Source: Curvularia clavata
Taxonomy: Eukaryota
DNA length: 64,000 nucleotides
Assembly (NCBI GenBank): GCA_023920165.1
Contig: CP089279.1
Location: 1,364,001 to 1,428,000, forward strand
Direction: 5' to 3'
The notes below the pieces were generated by a model, which made no database searches, was not told where the DNA came from, and saw nothing but the letters and a program-made list of their open reading frames with translations. This document shows positions 11,015 to 24,058 of the stretch, piece by piece (position 1 is the first letter of the stretch; each line of letters begins with the position of its first letter). The position numbers and the translations under genes were made by a program.

Positions 11015-13370
11015 TTATGTCAAGTCTATTACGTCTTTTCCTCCAATAAGCCAGCACGACATGTCCCCCGTGGTCATTACGAAACCTAGTCGTGAGAAAG
11101 TGCCATCGGGATTCTTCAAGACCAGGAGACCTCTAAGGTCTAGAGCTTTGGCAATCGCTAGCACGAAGAGCCCCTCTGTTTCTACGTCAACATCTCGATC
11201 CAGCATGGCGAGACAAGTCCGTATCTGGTAGTCTCCGCTGCCATCGTCGTTGATGAAGACTATGTAGCCTCCACTATGTTGTGGACTGTGCGTAAGGCTA
11301 ACGGGGGTTAGAATACCGCGAAGTTTGAGGACTCCTTCAGCGACAGCGCCAAAAACACTGTCCGAGCTTCCTCGAGTGATGTCGACTTCGAGACATTCTG
11401 CACATAATACGTTGCCGGGTTCCGATTGAAGGTGAACGGGTTTACTAACAGCAGCCCATGACCAGGACGGTGCTGGTAGCTTGTCGTTAATGCCGAGGGC
11501 TGGTTCGCAGTCCCGGACATACCAAAGTAATGTCAAAGGTAGTGACGAACGCCACAGACCTGCAACCTGTAGAATTACTTAAGAGTCAGCTTGGTGATAG
11601 CTTGATGTAAATGCCGGTATGAGGCGTAAGGTTGTGAGCGTGTTAGAGTTTGTGAGTGTGTAGAGTTGGATAAATACCAGGACTTACGTATACATCGTTG
11701 AGACCATCCGCCCAGCGTTGTGCTATGCCGGCCAAAGCGGGTAGTCGATCTCTGGGGTAGCGCAACGTGCGTTTTGTGAAATCATTGATCAAGTTAGCCC
11801 AACCGCTCGACCAGAATTCTCTATCTGTGTTAAATTGGATACTAGTCGACCGACGAGAAAGAGGTTTATATCTCTCACGGAAAGATGAAACGTCGGTGTC
11901 ATTTAAACAAGCCCAGGTGATTTCTGTCGCACGAAAGGAAATGGTTCGTCGAGCTAACAGGTGCTCCTGAAAAGTCCAACCGCGGTTTGAAAGCGGTTCC
12001 TGATGCTCTGCAAATACAGAGGACTCCTGCCCAGCGAGATGCCCAGCGAGAATAATCTTATCACTTTCCGTTGATTGTCTCCTGCGCAACTCGAGATTAA
12101 CATTTCCCCCCATTTCGAGAACCCAGAGAGCATCATGTTGGTATATTGTGGTATCAAAATTCAAAAATCCTTCATTACCACGGAGGCGCGTGAAGCTTCG
12201 ATGGTAATGGTGGCATTCTCGAAGATTCGACCCATCTGATCTATCTCGTGATTTTTATCCGCGCTATTGTCTTGTATGATGCACAATGCGTCAATCCAAA
12301 GATGCGGAATTTCAAGTCCTTCAGCTACGATAATGGCGTCTTGAATAGTCTGTGGCAAGCTGAAAACATCAATGCCTTGTTTGTACTGTTGTAGGACAGC
12401 ATTAGTTAGCCAACCAGGCTGTTCGGCAACGCCCCAGCAGTAGGACAAAGCAGCATATGAAGACAGCGGATCCCTTGGCTCGATCAGTCGCACTTTTTTC
12501 GCGGTTTCATTGGAACGAATCTCGAGGACTCGAGTAGGTATCTGTTTACATAAAGGTCAGTGGTGATCTATTGGCGCAACAAGAGACAATCACTGCTGAT
12601 CATCGTTTCAAGTAGCTTTTTGACATGGGTAGCTGTTCAGTGACACAACGTACAAAAGAGCTAGTGCTCTGCGCACAGTTGATGTGCTCCTTTGCACAAG
12701 TGTGTAGCCAGGCACGTGTCATATTTAATACAGCTTCCAGCGAAGAGCTTCTGTGTAGAAGATGGCTTTGTCCTAGTATGGGTAATCAGCCAAGCCAACG
12801 ATTATATACCGCCAGATACTTACTAGAGGGTACCCACACTGAGAATTCCCGCTTGGAAAGCAAAGGAAATTCTAGCATTTCAATCCAAAGAGTGGAATCA
12901 TCGGAATCATCGGAATCATCGATATCATCGGAATCATTGAAATACTTATCACTAAGCTTGAACATCTCCAAACAAGCGATTCCATCCCCAAAATCAAATG
13001 ATACGAAGTATTCTGTCCAGAACTGTCTGTCGCCGTACAGCTTATGAAACCCTTCAATTATTGTCTGACAAAACGAACAACCTGTAGATACTCCATGTTG
13101 CAGGTCATCGCCATTGAACCGTAGGATTCGAGAATATATATAGTGCTTGTCTCTTATAGCATCTAAAAGTTTACTGTAATTTGGGTTCTGAAGCTCTTCC
13201 ATTGGATCCCGCACGCGCTCATCATGTTGAAGAAGCCAGAGCGCAATGTCTCGAAAGTACTGCTCCTGCTCCGCGGTTGTCGGTTCGCGAAATCTTTCGG
13301 GCGGCGGCGGAAACGGCGTGGAGGCGTGATGACGACAGGTAATAGATGGTATCAATGGAAGTTGAGTCAT
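11015..13370 (-). pseudogene. HET-domain (heterokaryon incompatibility) protein gene with an apparent 1-bp frameshift
   Basis: Motifs in order: WLHTCAKEHINC, IPTRVL, YAALSYCWG, LPQTIQDAI, LWIDALCIIQD, QMGRIFENA, PLSNRGWTFQE, DRLPALAGIA, Y/VAGLW, APSWSWA. Three GT-AG introns splice in frame, but the frame shifts at ~12180: GNEGFL lies in another frame and a premature TGA occurs at 12161-12163. Confidence 0.8.
12895..12939. repeat. 9-bp coding tandem repeat (DDSDDIDDSDDSDDS) in the HET gene
   Basis: Repeated tcatcggaa/tcatcgata units. Confidence 0.75.
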
Positions 13371-16172
13371 GACGGTCGAGTAGTCGTGTAGAGTCGTATT
13401 ATGAGAGTTGGTGAGGAGGATTTGGCTAGCAGGCTGGGGAAGGAGATTAGCAACATCTCGGCAAAAGTTACACAACCTAACCAATATGAGGCGGCGAATC
13501 AGGCCTAACCAATATAAGGCCAACTCTCTTTAAGTACTCTCTCTCACAAGTTCTTCTCTTACACAGATTGATACTTAGTTATTCTGTACACCAATAGAAT
13601 TATTTTTATTTATTTTTTGGTTATATCTATATTTATCGGAATCGCCAGACAACTACCTCGAGGTATACTTCGCAGATACTGGTTTTGCCCTAACCCGGAC
13701 CGAGGCTAGGTAAGTATATCCCTACTAACGCAGAACCCATGTAACAAGTAGACATCGTTGTATGTAAAGAGAGAAGACAACGTGAACCCTGTTCGCCTTG
13801 AATTTCGGCTATGGAAACTACTAATGAGAGAAATATACAAGACGAATGGTTCCTTTGCATTATCCGTGCTCGTGCCGGTAACGATACGCCCGGAGGTACT
13901 TCTTTGTGAAGCTGGGTTCATAGCGCAAACATTTTGGCGGCAGGGTAAGCTCGAACATCCAGACAACTCGGAACAATTTGATTCAAGCTTACCACTCGAA
14001 CACGTTATGTATATCAGATATGCTGAACATTTGAAATGCCACGAGGATTGTCAATGCACCGCAGGCGATTGGTTGAGATGCGGTCAGTTCTATCTCACCA
14101 GAACTGGAAAAAGAATTGATTGTTCCCGATACATGATAGTTCCTATGTATCATTTTACTCTCCCGAAATAGCAGCATGCAGCGCACTGCATCAATGCCAT
14201 GATGGGGTCGTCCACTTCGGTATGCCTGAGAATGCTCGTCGAGATATTCATGGAACGGGAGAATACGCAATGCTATGCTACTTTCGCTTTTGTTCAAGCT
14301 GTATTACATGGTCTTGGTTATGTCCTTCTCATGAGAGGTCGCGGTTGATCCATACCTTTGTGTGGGTTAGTGAGATCTTAGACTGCTTTGCTTGAAAGAA
14401 TTGGGCGCCGCTCAACCAGAAATCCAAAATCCAGGAAATAGGATAAACAAATATACATAATGTAATTTCTTGATTCCAAGGACAGCATGTGTAACTCCTG
14501 TCGAACTGATTGTGCAGGGGTAGTTCGGTGGTTGTCGGGTAAAAGAGAGTCAGACGGGAAGCACAGGCTGTGGAGTGTCTTGTGAACCATTCCACAGATG
14601 CGAGTCGCCATTCCAGGACAAATAAGTTTGTGTCAGGCACAAACAAAAGAAGACAAGTTTTGCGAACACTAGATCACGGGCGATAGGGTAGTCAAGTGAT
14701 CCCCTAACCAGACCCTTCCATCTAAACACCAACCTAGTCGCACACATGCATTGCATTCTTTTGCGCAACACATACCTAACACTACATCATTATCCTAAAT
14801 TATAGCTATGGCGTTAGAAATTAATAAAGCGAGATCTAAGACAAAGCTTAAGACTAGTCACCAGCCTTCAGCATCAAGTTTGAAGTATACTAGAACGTTA
14901 CTCTCCAATAAATACTCACAAGAACTATAGTACCTCTAGGTACCATCAGATAAGAGATCATTGCAGAATCTATACAGTTTTAGAACCCCAAAAAACTATA
15001 GAAAAAAATAACCAGAATTTAATATTGTTCCGCTCCCGCCCAGCAGCATTCCAAAACCAATACCATAGGATCTCAAAGTCACGAGTTTGCCTTTTGCGAC
15101 ACTTCTCCCAGTCGAGCCAACTAGGACGAAAGTGTTATAAGCTCAATGATGCCATGGTGCACTGATCACCGAAGAAGCGCCACAAGAGTACTCAAAGTAG
15201 TAAGTGGTCATTGCGCAGATAATCATTGCGCCAGAAAGACCGCACGGTGTCGGATCTCCACGTTAAATTATGAGGCGGAACAAGGCCAGGGTATCTATCA
15301 CAGTATCTGCGCAACTTTTGTCTCTGCTTTCTAGAGAACTCTTAAAACTTTTTGCGATTTTCTGCAAATAAACACTAACACTAGCAGGGGTTATTGCCCT
15401 TGGTTACTTGTACCATCAGAGAGACAAGGAAAAAGAATATAAGAATATAGCCACCGAATTCATGTGTCGAATGTATAACGCAACGGAGTCGTCCTTTACG
15501 CCAGCACTATGCAGCATTGCTAGCAGTACACGGTTACGGCTGATCCAACAAACCAATGTGTGCTGTCAATTCAATTAAGCCTATCTTTGACATTACAAGA
15601 TTGACTATTACTTACAGAACCAAAATGGCCTCGTAGCAAGTTATCAGAGCTCATTTTATGCCCTAGCATGTAATCAAACCTTTGTGAGGACAGTATATGA
15701 TTCCGAGTACATAAGGGATCGGCAAGGAAGCCTGCGAGAGAAGAGAAGAGAAGAATCACCTATCACACTCTTTAGCGATTTGCATGCGTGGATAGAAATC
15801 AGGAGTTAGAGTGACACTTGACGTGTTCCTCTACTATCAGTGTCGACATTGAAAAAGATGCAAGAGAAGCGGCCTGACTATTCGATCCAATTAAGCTAGC
15901 ACAACAAGTGATTCGCAGGTACAGGATTGACTGTTGCAGGTGAGGCCACGGACTCGGAAAGAAGCATGATGAGGCTTCCGTGATAGAATAGAATAGAATT
16001 GACGGCTGAAATAATAATAATAAGAGTCTCCTTGCTTCACAGCAATCCAACCATATCCAATGCACATCATGTTGTAATCCCAGTGACAAGTGCGACCGCC
16101 ACGTTAGAGGCCGGTAAACCACAAGAAGGAATCTTTCGCCATCGCATAACTTCGGAGATAATTTACAAGAAG

Positions 16173-16469
16173 TTATGTCTGCTTAGCACGGCAGCTGCTG
16201 TCACTGCCAGTTGCTCCAGCGAGCTGACACCATTGTCGCCAGCTGCAGTTGCTGTGTCTGTAATCGCCCTGCCCCTGGCATTCGCGTGCACCATCCGATT
16301 TAGGACCTGGGTTGACCATGGCACCATTGGAACCGAGGCCTCTGCAAACAGCCTCCGTAACCCGGTCATTCGGTACGCCGTTAGAGTCGTAGCAATGGCA
16401 ATACTGGTAGGTAGCACATGCTTGTGCCGCAATGGGCAAAAAGACAAGAGCAAGGGCTGAGAACTTCAT
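16173..16469 (-). CDS. Small secreted cysteine-rich protein (98 aa, 8 Cys), effector-like
   Basis: Intronless ORF with signal peptide MKFSALALVFLPIAAQA, 8 Cys in the mature part and a TATA element ~150 bp upstream. Confidence 0.85.
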   Translation of the reverse strand: MKFSALALVFLPIAAQACATYQYCHCYDSNGVPNDRVTEAVCRGLGSNGAMVNPGPKSDGARECQGQGDYRHSNCSWRQWCQLAGATGSDSSCRAKQT

Positions 16470-16608
16470 TTCGAATGAGATATCCTTGAAAAGCTTGTTA
16501 GTAGAGAAGGGTTAAGGGGGAAAGCGGGCATACTTGAAGGGTGTTTGAGTTGATGGTCGGTTTGGAATTGATCAGTGGCGATGGAGTTATCACTGAAGGA
16601 GAAGCAAT

Positions 16609-16620
16609 CTGATACTTATA
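16609..16620 (-). promoter_or_regulatory. TATA-containing element TATAAGTATCAG upstream of the Cys-rich secreted gene
   Basis: Reverse complement of ctgatacttata, 151 bp upstream of the ATG at 16469. Confidence 0.6.
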
Positions 16621-18406
16621 CACAACATTCACGCGGCTGATATTGGAAAATAACCGTAGCTTGGGCTAATATAGAGACACGTGGGTGACTTTCTCAGTGA
16701 CAATGTCTCAAATAACCGACTCAGCGGCAAGAGAAACTATTCTCTATCCCAAATCAGCAGGTTGCACGACACTGAAGTGGGCTGAATAGACGCTATCAGT
16801 ACTGGAGTCGTCTGGAATGAAATCGATGAGTTTTACGGCACTCTAGTTGCACCTAGGCCCACGTTTGAACGCACCAGCCATCAATCCAAGAGAGAGAGTC
16901 ATGAACATCTCGGGCCGATGGACGCTATGGTATAGTTGTTGTTCAATGACCCTGGACCACTCTTGCTCTATGGCCAGTGTGAGATGATTACTTCCCCAGA
17001 AAACCCACCGCCTTGAAGCTCAGCCAAAGCCAAGCTCCGAAGTATGGGGTGTGTCTCTTAGGCATCCGATGAACACCAATAAGAGCGCGTTTCTAAGATA
17101 AAGAATGCGCAGTACAGCACTGCTTAACATCACGTTCGACTTGTTCAGAAAGCGAGAGGGCTATTATAAACTACACTACGAGATCCAATGATTGCATAAA
17201 AATGTATTCCATCGTGGGGGTGTTGTGCCCCTTGACGTCGGCAAAACATCGGAGCCCTTGATGCGCGTCAACGTAGAACATTCCGTTATCATAGCCGGGC
17301 GTATTGTGTGCAAGATAGTTCCACTAGCTTCAATTGCCCCTAGAAATTTCAAGTCTCCGGTTCCTTGCCAAGCTATACAACTTGGCTATCTCATTCCGTT
17401 TTGGCTGGGGGTTCGGCGGTGCTGCCGTTGTTTCGGACCGAGTGAGGCACAGACATGCCATGCCGACTCTGGAAGCAGCACGTTCTGGCACCCTGCTGGC
17501 CGATGATTCGCCATAACAATGCCTCCTTCGTAGCGTCATCTGCAAATTTCCTTCTCCATAATCTGTTTCCACAATTTCACCGCAACCGGAACGCAGCATT
17601 TTAGTTACCTGCGATGTCTGAACTATGATTTTTCCCAGTAAGAGGCACAAATTGAATGTGTACACCAGGCCAGGTTGGAGAACGGTTCAGTCACAAATAA
17701 AAGTGAAAACGCTGTATATTTTTCCTCCATAGCAGTTTGAGGTATTTTGACATGGCGCTCAGCCGCATCCTAGCGCTCTTCAGTAGCCAAAACCTCCTAG
17801 TTAGGAGATGTGCAGATGCCCCACTGGCAAGTCACCGAGCTCTAACTGCTAATGGAAATATCAGACTCCAGCAATCAAATGTTGGATGGCCAGTGAGTTC
17901 AAACCGCTTGCTTGGAATGTGATCTGCAGTCATTCAAAGAATCACCTATCATCACGTCATGTAACTCGCCATGTCAAACTGAACTATTTTATCCGAAATA
18001 TCTTGTCATTGTGTTGTCATTCTTCATCTCGATCAATGTAAAAATTAAAGGACGAAAACAAAAACTGGAAGCACAATGGCAAATACATATCTGACGAGCA
18101 CAATGAAAGACACATTACAAGCGAAACCCGTGACGGTAAAACTAGTATCATGTTCTGGAACAATGAGCTCTAGATAGCGCCATTCTGCACTCGAGTAGGG
18201 GTCATGTGATGCGTCTAAGCACTATAATAGGCCACTGTTAAGTCTGCAGGCTAACTTGAAGAGGCCATTTCATACGAGTCAGAACTGATTGTGCTCCCGA
18301 TAACTCGAACTTCTTGGGAGGAACAACACCAAGCACCGGCTAATCATGAAATAGAACATGGCAAGTGGAGCGGCGCTGAAGTGCAACATATGGAGAGGAA
18401 TCAGTA

Positions 18407-18418
18407 TATAAGTATCAG
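18407..18418 (+). promoter_or_regulatory. TATA-containing element TATAAGTATCAG upstream of the secreted pre-pro-protein gene
   Basis: Read directly, 147 bp upstream of the ATG at 18554. Confidence 0.6.
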
Positions 18419-18553
18419 TGATAGTCAGCAAGAAAGAGACATCCCTCACCAGGACATCTGCACTCAAACACACTCTCAATCGAGATACTCTTCGCTCTCA
18501 ACGCACCTTTTCGTCTCCTCAAGAATCACTCTTGTCTATCAACTCCCATCAAA

Positions 18554-19298
18554 ATGCGTTTCCACGTCCCCTTGATCGTTGCGGCTGCCGCCCTCACCAG
18601 CGCCGCTGCTCTTCCCCAGCCCGAGGCCATGGAGGTCACTGTCAGCGTATGCTACCCATATTTCACTTCTTACTCCCTGTTCTCTAACAGAGTTTAGGAC
18701 GGCCTCTCTGCCGAGACCATCGAGATTCCTGCCGAACTCGACTTGGAGAAGCGCCAGCAGATTCCCAGCGCCAACGCAGCCGTCATTGGTGACCACGCCG
18801 GCGCTGCTGGTCAGGCTGTAGGCAGGATCCTCAACGCCCTGCTTAACAAGCTCTGTAAGTTTGCTCCTCAGCACATCATCACCATTACTAATGGATTATA
18901 GTCCCGCTCAAGGACTGGACGCCTGCCCGTGAGACCTTCACTAAGCAGACCACGTCATTGATGTGGTCCTCCAACCCTGACCGCCGCCGCTGGGTCGCCG
19001 TTGTTTGCTACAACAAGGGATGGGACGTCAAGGACCGCCGCCAAATCTCTGATGTTGTCAGCATGCAGCTTCGTCTGGGTGCTCTGCACACCGACTACGA
19101 CTGCATGTACATTGGCCGCAACAACCAGTTCTACACCCAGAGCGATGGTGGCTACATTAACGTAAGTTGACCCCTCGATTCGTTTTTTCGCTCTCAGTAC
19201 TCAGAGTTGAATACTGACATGTCTTATAGCTTGCCTACGTCTACGACGGCAGCATCTGCAGCTACGACGGCAATACCGGTGACCTTACTTGCAACTAA
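18554..19298 (+). CDS. Secreted pre-pro-protein (~192 aa) with a Kex2 site (LEKR), function unknown
   Basis: Four exons; introns 18647-18697, 18855-18901 and 19162-19229 are all GT-AG with branch sites. Product MRFHVPLIVAAAALTSAAALPQPEAM...ELDLEKR/QQIPSAN...WTPARETFTKQT...CYNKG...TDYDCMY...DGGYINLAY...LTCN*. Strong C-ending codon bias. Confidence 0.88.
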
Positions 19299-20586
19299 GC
19301 TTGCGAGATTCGACATGACTTGAGGTATATCTCTGAGTGGTAGTGTAAATAGAGGGGTTATTGATGGGCACGATTTTTGATGTGGGACTTTCTAACGGAG
19401 GAATTTTAAATGACGGGCTTTTGAATGAGGATTTGTAAATAATAAGAGGACTTGTATATAGTGCAGATAGTGATGGATCCTGGCTATCTTCCGCCTCTGA
19501 GTTGGTTTTCACCCGCTTCTATTCAACACCCGGCCACAGTGATGTTGATTTATTTCACGATAGTCTCTGGAACTAATTTATCCTAGTATACTTGTTACGC
19601 GCGAATAAAAAGAAAAGGCTGTCATCCGCGCTTTAAAATCATTTGCTAAAGACATGTAATTTCATCAAATATGCTACACCTTCAAGGAACGACCTCTTAT
19701 AATGTAGCAGTATAGTCGTGTAAATATCGCTTAGCTTAGGGCAAAGTTCACAGCGACAGCATAGATATTAGGCGATGTCGCGTGTTTTTTTTTTCATATA
19801 CGTGATTTGAGTTCTTTATTGGCTAGATGCTCCAATGCATGCCATGTATGCCCAGCGACGCAGAGTGCATTTTACTAGATTGTTTTCATTCCACTCTCTC
19901 AGCATACCAAGAATCCTCCACATCTTCAGCAAGCCAGTTATAAATCACCATCACGTGTATTGTCTCGTCCTTTGTTATCTTCCGCTACCGACCCACGCGT
20001 CTGTTCTCACACTCTGCCGCACCAAGTTCCAGAAATACAGCAGCGCAGAAAATAAGCTTTACTGCATTCTGGCCTCACAGTTCAGTCCAGTTTTTTTCAC
20101 CGGACTCCCGCCTCAAACTCCGTCTCCATTAAGTGTGCGCCCAAACTTTCTTAAATGAAGTAACTTAAATACGATGCTGAAACAACTGGCAGCTCATGCT
20201 AGTTATTGTATTAGACATCTAACCTAAATGCAATACTGAGACGACTAGTAGCTATGATGTCAGACGCCCAGCCCAGCCACAATACTGAAACGACCAGTGG
20301 CTGCTGTTAGTTCGGTATACCAGACATTAACTCAAGCCACCCTAACCTTGTCGTAGTCCGACAAAGTAAGCTTGACCTCAGTCAATAGCTCCGTGATAAC
20401 CTTGAACCAGAGATAACACATTGACACTGATTGGAAATAACGACAGAAAAAATGATAATCGTTCAGCACATTACACAAGCATGATATTCTAAAATCTAGG
20501 GTATCAAGTCACACAAAGCACCCCTCTATCCCCTCCTCTCTCTCCCTACAAAGTTCGATTAATCCCACTTCTAACCCAACCGCGCT

Positions 20587-21664
20587 CTACCACAGCAAAT
20601 CCGCATACTCGCCCAGCACCCCTCCCTCGCCACCATCAAAATACCCATGCATACCTTCCAACCCCGCAAACTTCTCCGCAACCACCAGGCCCCTCCTTCT
20701 CTCCTTTTCAATAACATCCCAATTCCACTCTTCGGGGTTAATCTCCCTGGGTAGTGTACTTTCCTCAATGGCCTCTGCATCCTCTTTTACATCGCCACCT
20801 TCATAGACCCAGCCCTCAGGCTTCAACGGCACCATACCAGCATCCACGAGGGCCTGCTCGGGCGGAATTGTAAGCCTTCCACGCTTAATCACGTATTTAG
20901 CGATACCCGTTGCGAACACGGCGCCCTTTAACTTTTCTTTATCCACGCCTTCTGCACTGCTACGGGCTGATGCCTTCCTCCATGGCTGCAGCGTCCAAGC
21001 TTTTGGTCTCGCAACACCGGGTTTGACTAGGTGCGTGATGAGATAGAACCACTTTCTGTCCCAGCATAGGAGTCTCGTCCACATTTCGTATTTCTTGTAG
21101 GGCAGGATTTCCTTCTTGAAGAGGCAGCTTATGCCGCCGAGCGCGATCATGTGGGTGCCTTTTGTGCCTTGAGTAGCGCCAGCGGCACTCGCTTTGGGGG
21201 ATTTGCGGATGGCATTGCGCATGATGGCGGAAAAGAGGGCGCTGCGGGATATGTCCATGTCGCTGAAGTAGGTGCTGTTGGACTTATGCAGGTTGTAGTC
21301 GGTTTCAAGCAGTGTGGTGCGGCTCGAGGTTATGACGGGTTGGAAGAGAGCGTGCGGAGGGATCGGGGTAGGTTGCACATAGAGTTGGTAGATGAGGGCG
21401 CGAAAGATGCGGATCTAAGAGCTTGATCAGTTTCTGGGTTGCGTGGAATGTTGTCGGTAAGGGGAGACGTACATGCCATACAAAGGGCAGGTTCTTGAGG
21501 TTGACCAAGGCAAGCAGAATCGCGGCTATCCTCCATAGCCCACCAGGGGCATGGTATCCTGTCCAACGAGCCAGCGTAGCCAGCAAGCCGCCTCGCCATG
21601 TTGGTTGCGCTGCGAGGGCTGCCATGGACGCGACCGCTGCGATGACGCCAACGGTTTGCGCCAT
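20587..21664 (-). CDS. Hotdog-fold thioesterase-like (4HBT family) protein
   Basis: Exon 1 ends NLKNLPFVWH, then one intron, then ORF 20587-21378 with ETDYNLHKSNSTYFSDMD and WDRKWFY motifs. Confidence 0.8.
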
Positions 21665-21959
21665 ATTCCCCATTACCTGGTTTCGCCGACGGGAGATGCG
21701 ACCTAGAAAGATGACAGGAAGCAAATGGCACGCTACGTGGATTCGGCGCGGAATTATTAGCGAACCACCGTGTCCATGGTTGGCTATCACCATTCTAATC
21801 GGGAGCCGAGGCTCGGGGTTTAAAATGCCGACTAGACAGCCCTACGGACGAATTTAGACATAGACTAGCAACATCCGCGTTGAACGTCGGATTCGTGAAC
21901 AGTACCGGTGGCTCGGCCAAAGATCGGGTATCATTTACTCATGCTAAGGATAGAAATGT

Positions 21960-23986
21960 TTACTTTTTCTTGCCCTTTGTTTTGTCAACAATATCGACCC
22001 AGTTTTTATTAACGCCTCGCTTTTCCAACGCCTTCAAAATGGCATCCTTTTGGGGGCCTTGGACCATGACCTCCATGACAGGAGCCTTGGGACTCGATCC
22101 TTGCAGCTTGTCAACACTCGTACTACCCGCACACGTCTTTCTCAGCTCGTCGGCCAGCGGCTGAGGGGCAATGTAGTAGGGTTCCAGGCCATGGACCTTT
22201 GTGACGGTCTTGTTGCCACTGCGTGTCTCTAGCGTGATCTGGATCTTGGGTGGGGCGCCTGCTTTAGGCTTTGTATCAGTAATGTTAGCGTCATTGCGGA
22301 GAATGGCATGGAAAGGAGAGGCAGCCGCAACCATGCGCTCTGCAAGGGCGTCTCTAGCCATGGTGCCTGTGGAGAGTGCGGCGTTGTCTGCTGCTGACGA
22401 GCCCAGGAGAGCATCTGCTAGCTGGGGGTTAATGCGTATCAGACGCTTGTTTTTCTGGTCAACAAGGTTCTCAGCCTCGACGTATGCGATGAGCGTCTGC
22501 TTAAGTTCGGCGGGTGTATAGAGTCCGCGGGGGTCTGCCTTGGAAGCAGCCAGAATAGGGGCCAGCTTCTCCTTGGGGCGTAATACAGAAACTAACTTTA
22601 ATTTCTGACCAAGCGAGGAGTCCGCGGACAGTGGTGCGGCTGGCTTCCCGTTTGCTCCTGTGGCAGCCAGAGCATCCTTCTTGGGCAACCTATATGGAAC
22701 GAACGACTCTAATTGGCGGTCTTTGAAATCAATGTCGAGAATTACTACCTCGTTGCCATCGCGGTCCTTGGACTTGACAATGAGCTGCTTATCCAGATAC
22801 TTGATGAATTTCTTGAGATTCTTCCAGCTCGTCTTCTTGATCTGCAACGAGGCTGCTCGGGCCGGAGTGTAGGTGGGAAGAAATGGCTGCACGAGCTGAG
22901 ACATGACATGTGACTGAGATAGAGGAAACTCGAGGCCATAGGTGGGATGGTCCTTGTTGTGATCCATGTGATAGCGCACGCCAAACAGAAAGGCGTTTTT
23001 GAATGCATCGTCAATTTCTGGCTGGGGTTAGCTGTTGAGTCTTGGGTATACGCAAGCGCAGGTACCTTTTGTCGTTAGCTCCTTGTCCTCGATAACATCA
23101 ACAAAGTCGGGGTTTGAAGAAACGTCTTCACCCTCGACACCCTGGGTCTGTTCAACCTGGGAGCGCTCGGTTGGATCGGCGTCGAGGGCAATGCCGCCTT
23201 GATTGTCCTCGAGGTCAATGGCTGCGGTCCGGTCGGCAAGGGTGGCGTCGAGGGCTCTGTCCTCGTCCCAACCCTCAATCGCGTCGGGAGGGTCGATTCC
23301 CGGCTTACCAGCGGGACTCCATGACCATAGCTCGTCGCCGGCCCAGTGAAAGGTAGATACGGCATGACCCTTTGTCCCTTGTGTGCTTCCCAGGGCACTC
23401 ACGTCAATGATGCACTCGCCAACCGCCATGGGAACGGTGGGAGCCTCGAGACTGGCAACAGCGACAATGGCACCCTTTGTGGCCTTTTTAGGAAAGGGCG
23501 GGCCTCGCTGCAAACCTGGGGTCATGAGGTCGGCACCAGCCTGCATCTTCTCCACGACAACGAGGGGCGTGTAGAGCAGGGGAACGATGCCGGGGTTGTG
23601 CCAGAGGGTGTATACTGTAGGGTACATGCGGTCGCGGACCTTGACCCAGAGGACGCGCTGCTCGCCGCCGGTGGCATCGTGAGAGCCGACATAGATGGTA
23701 CCTGACACCGGGCTGAGGTCAGGGCCGGCCGTGGTGGTGAAGCGGGCGGACAGGGCATTGTCGGGCAGGATGGAGCGGCGGAGCGCCGTGAGGGCAGCGG
23801 CCGGGGCAGCAGGCTTGTCGCTCGGGGTGTTGTTATTGTCGTCGGCGTCAGTGCTGGTGTTGATGTTGTCAGTGGGCACGTCAATGGCGAAGTCAGCGAT
23901 GATCTGGTCGGCCGTCCTGCGACGGTCGCTGGACTTGAGCGGGGCGAGGGGCTTGATCTAGGGCATGGTCAGAGGACGGCATGCGG

Positions 23987-24058
<72 letters not shown>

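Noticed and set aside
13706..14771. Overlapping 70-137 aa ORFs, possibly a decayed gene
   Set aside because: No recognisable motif and no consistent splice model.
17192..17665. ORFs between the two secreted-protein genes
   Set aside because: No motif, signal peptide or codon bias; treated as intergenic.
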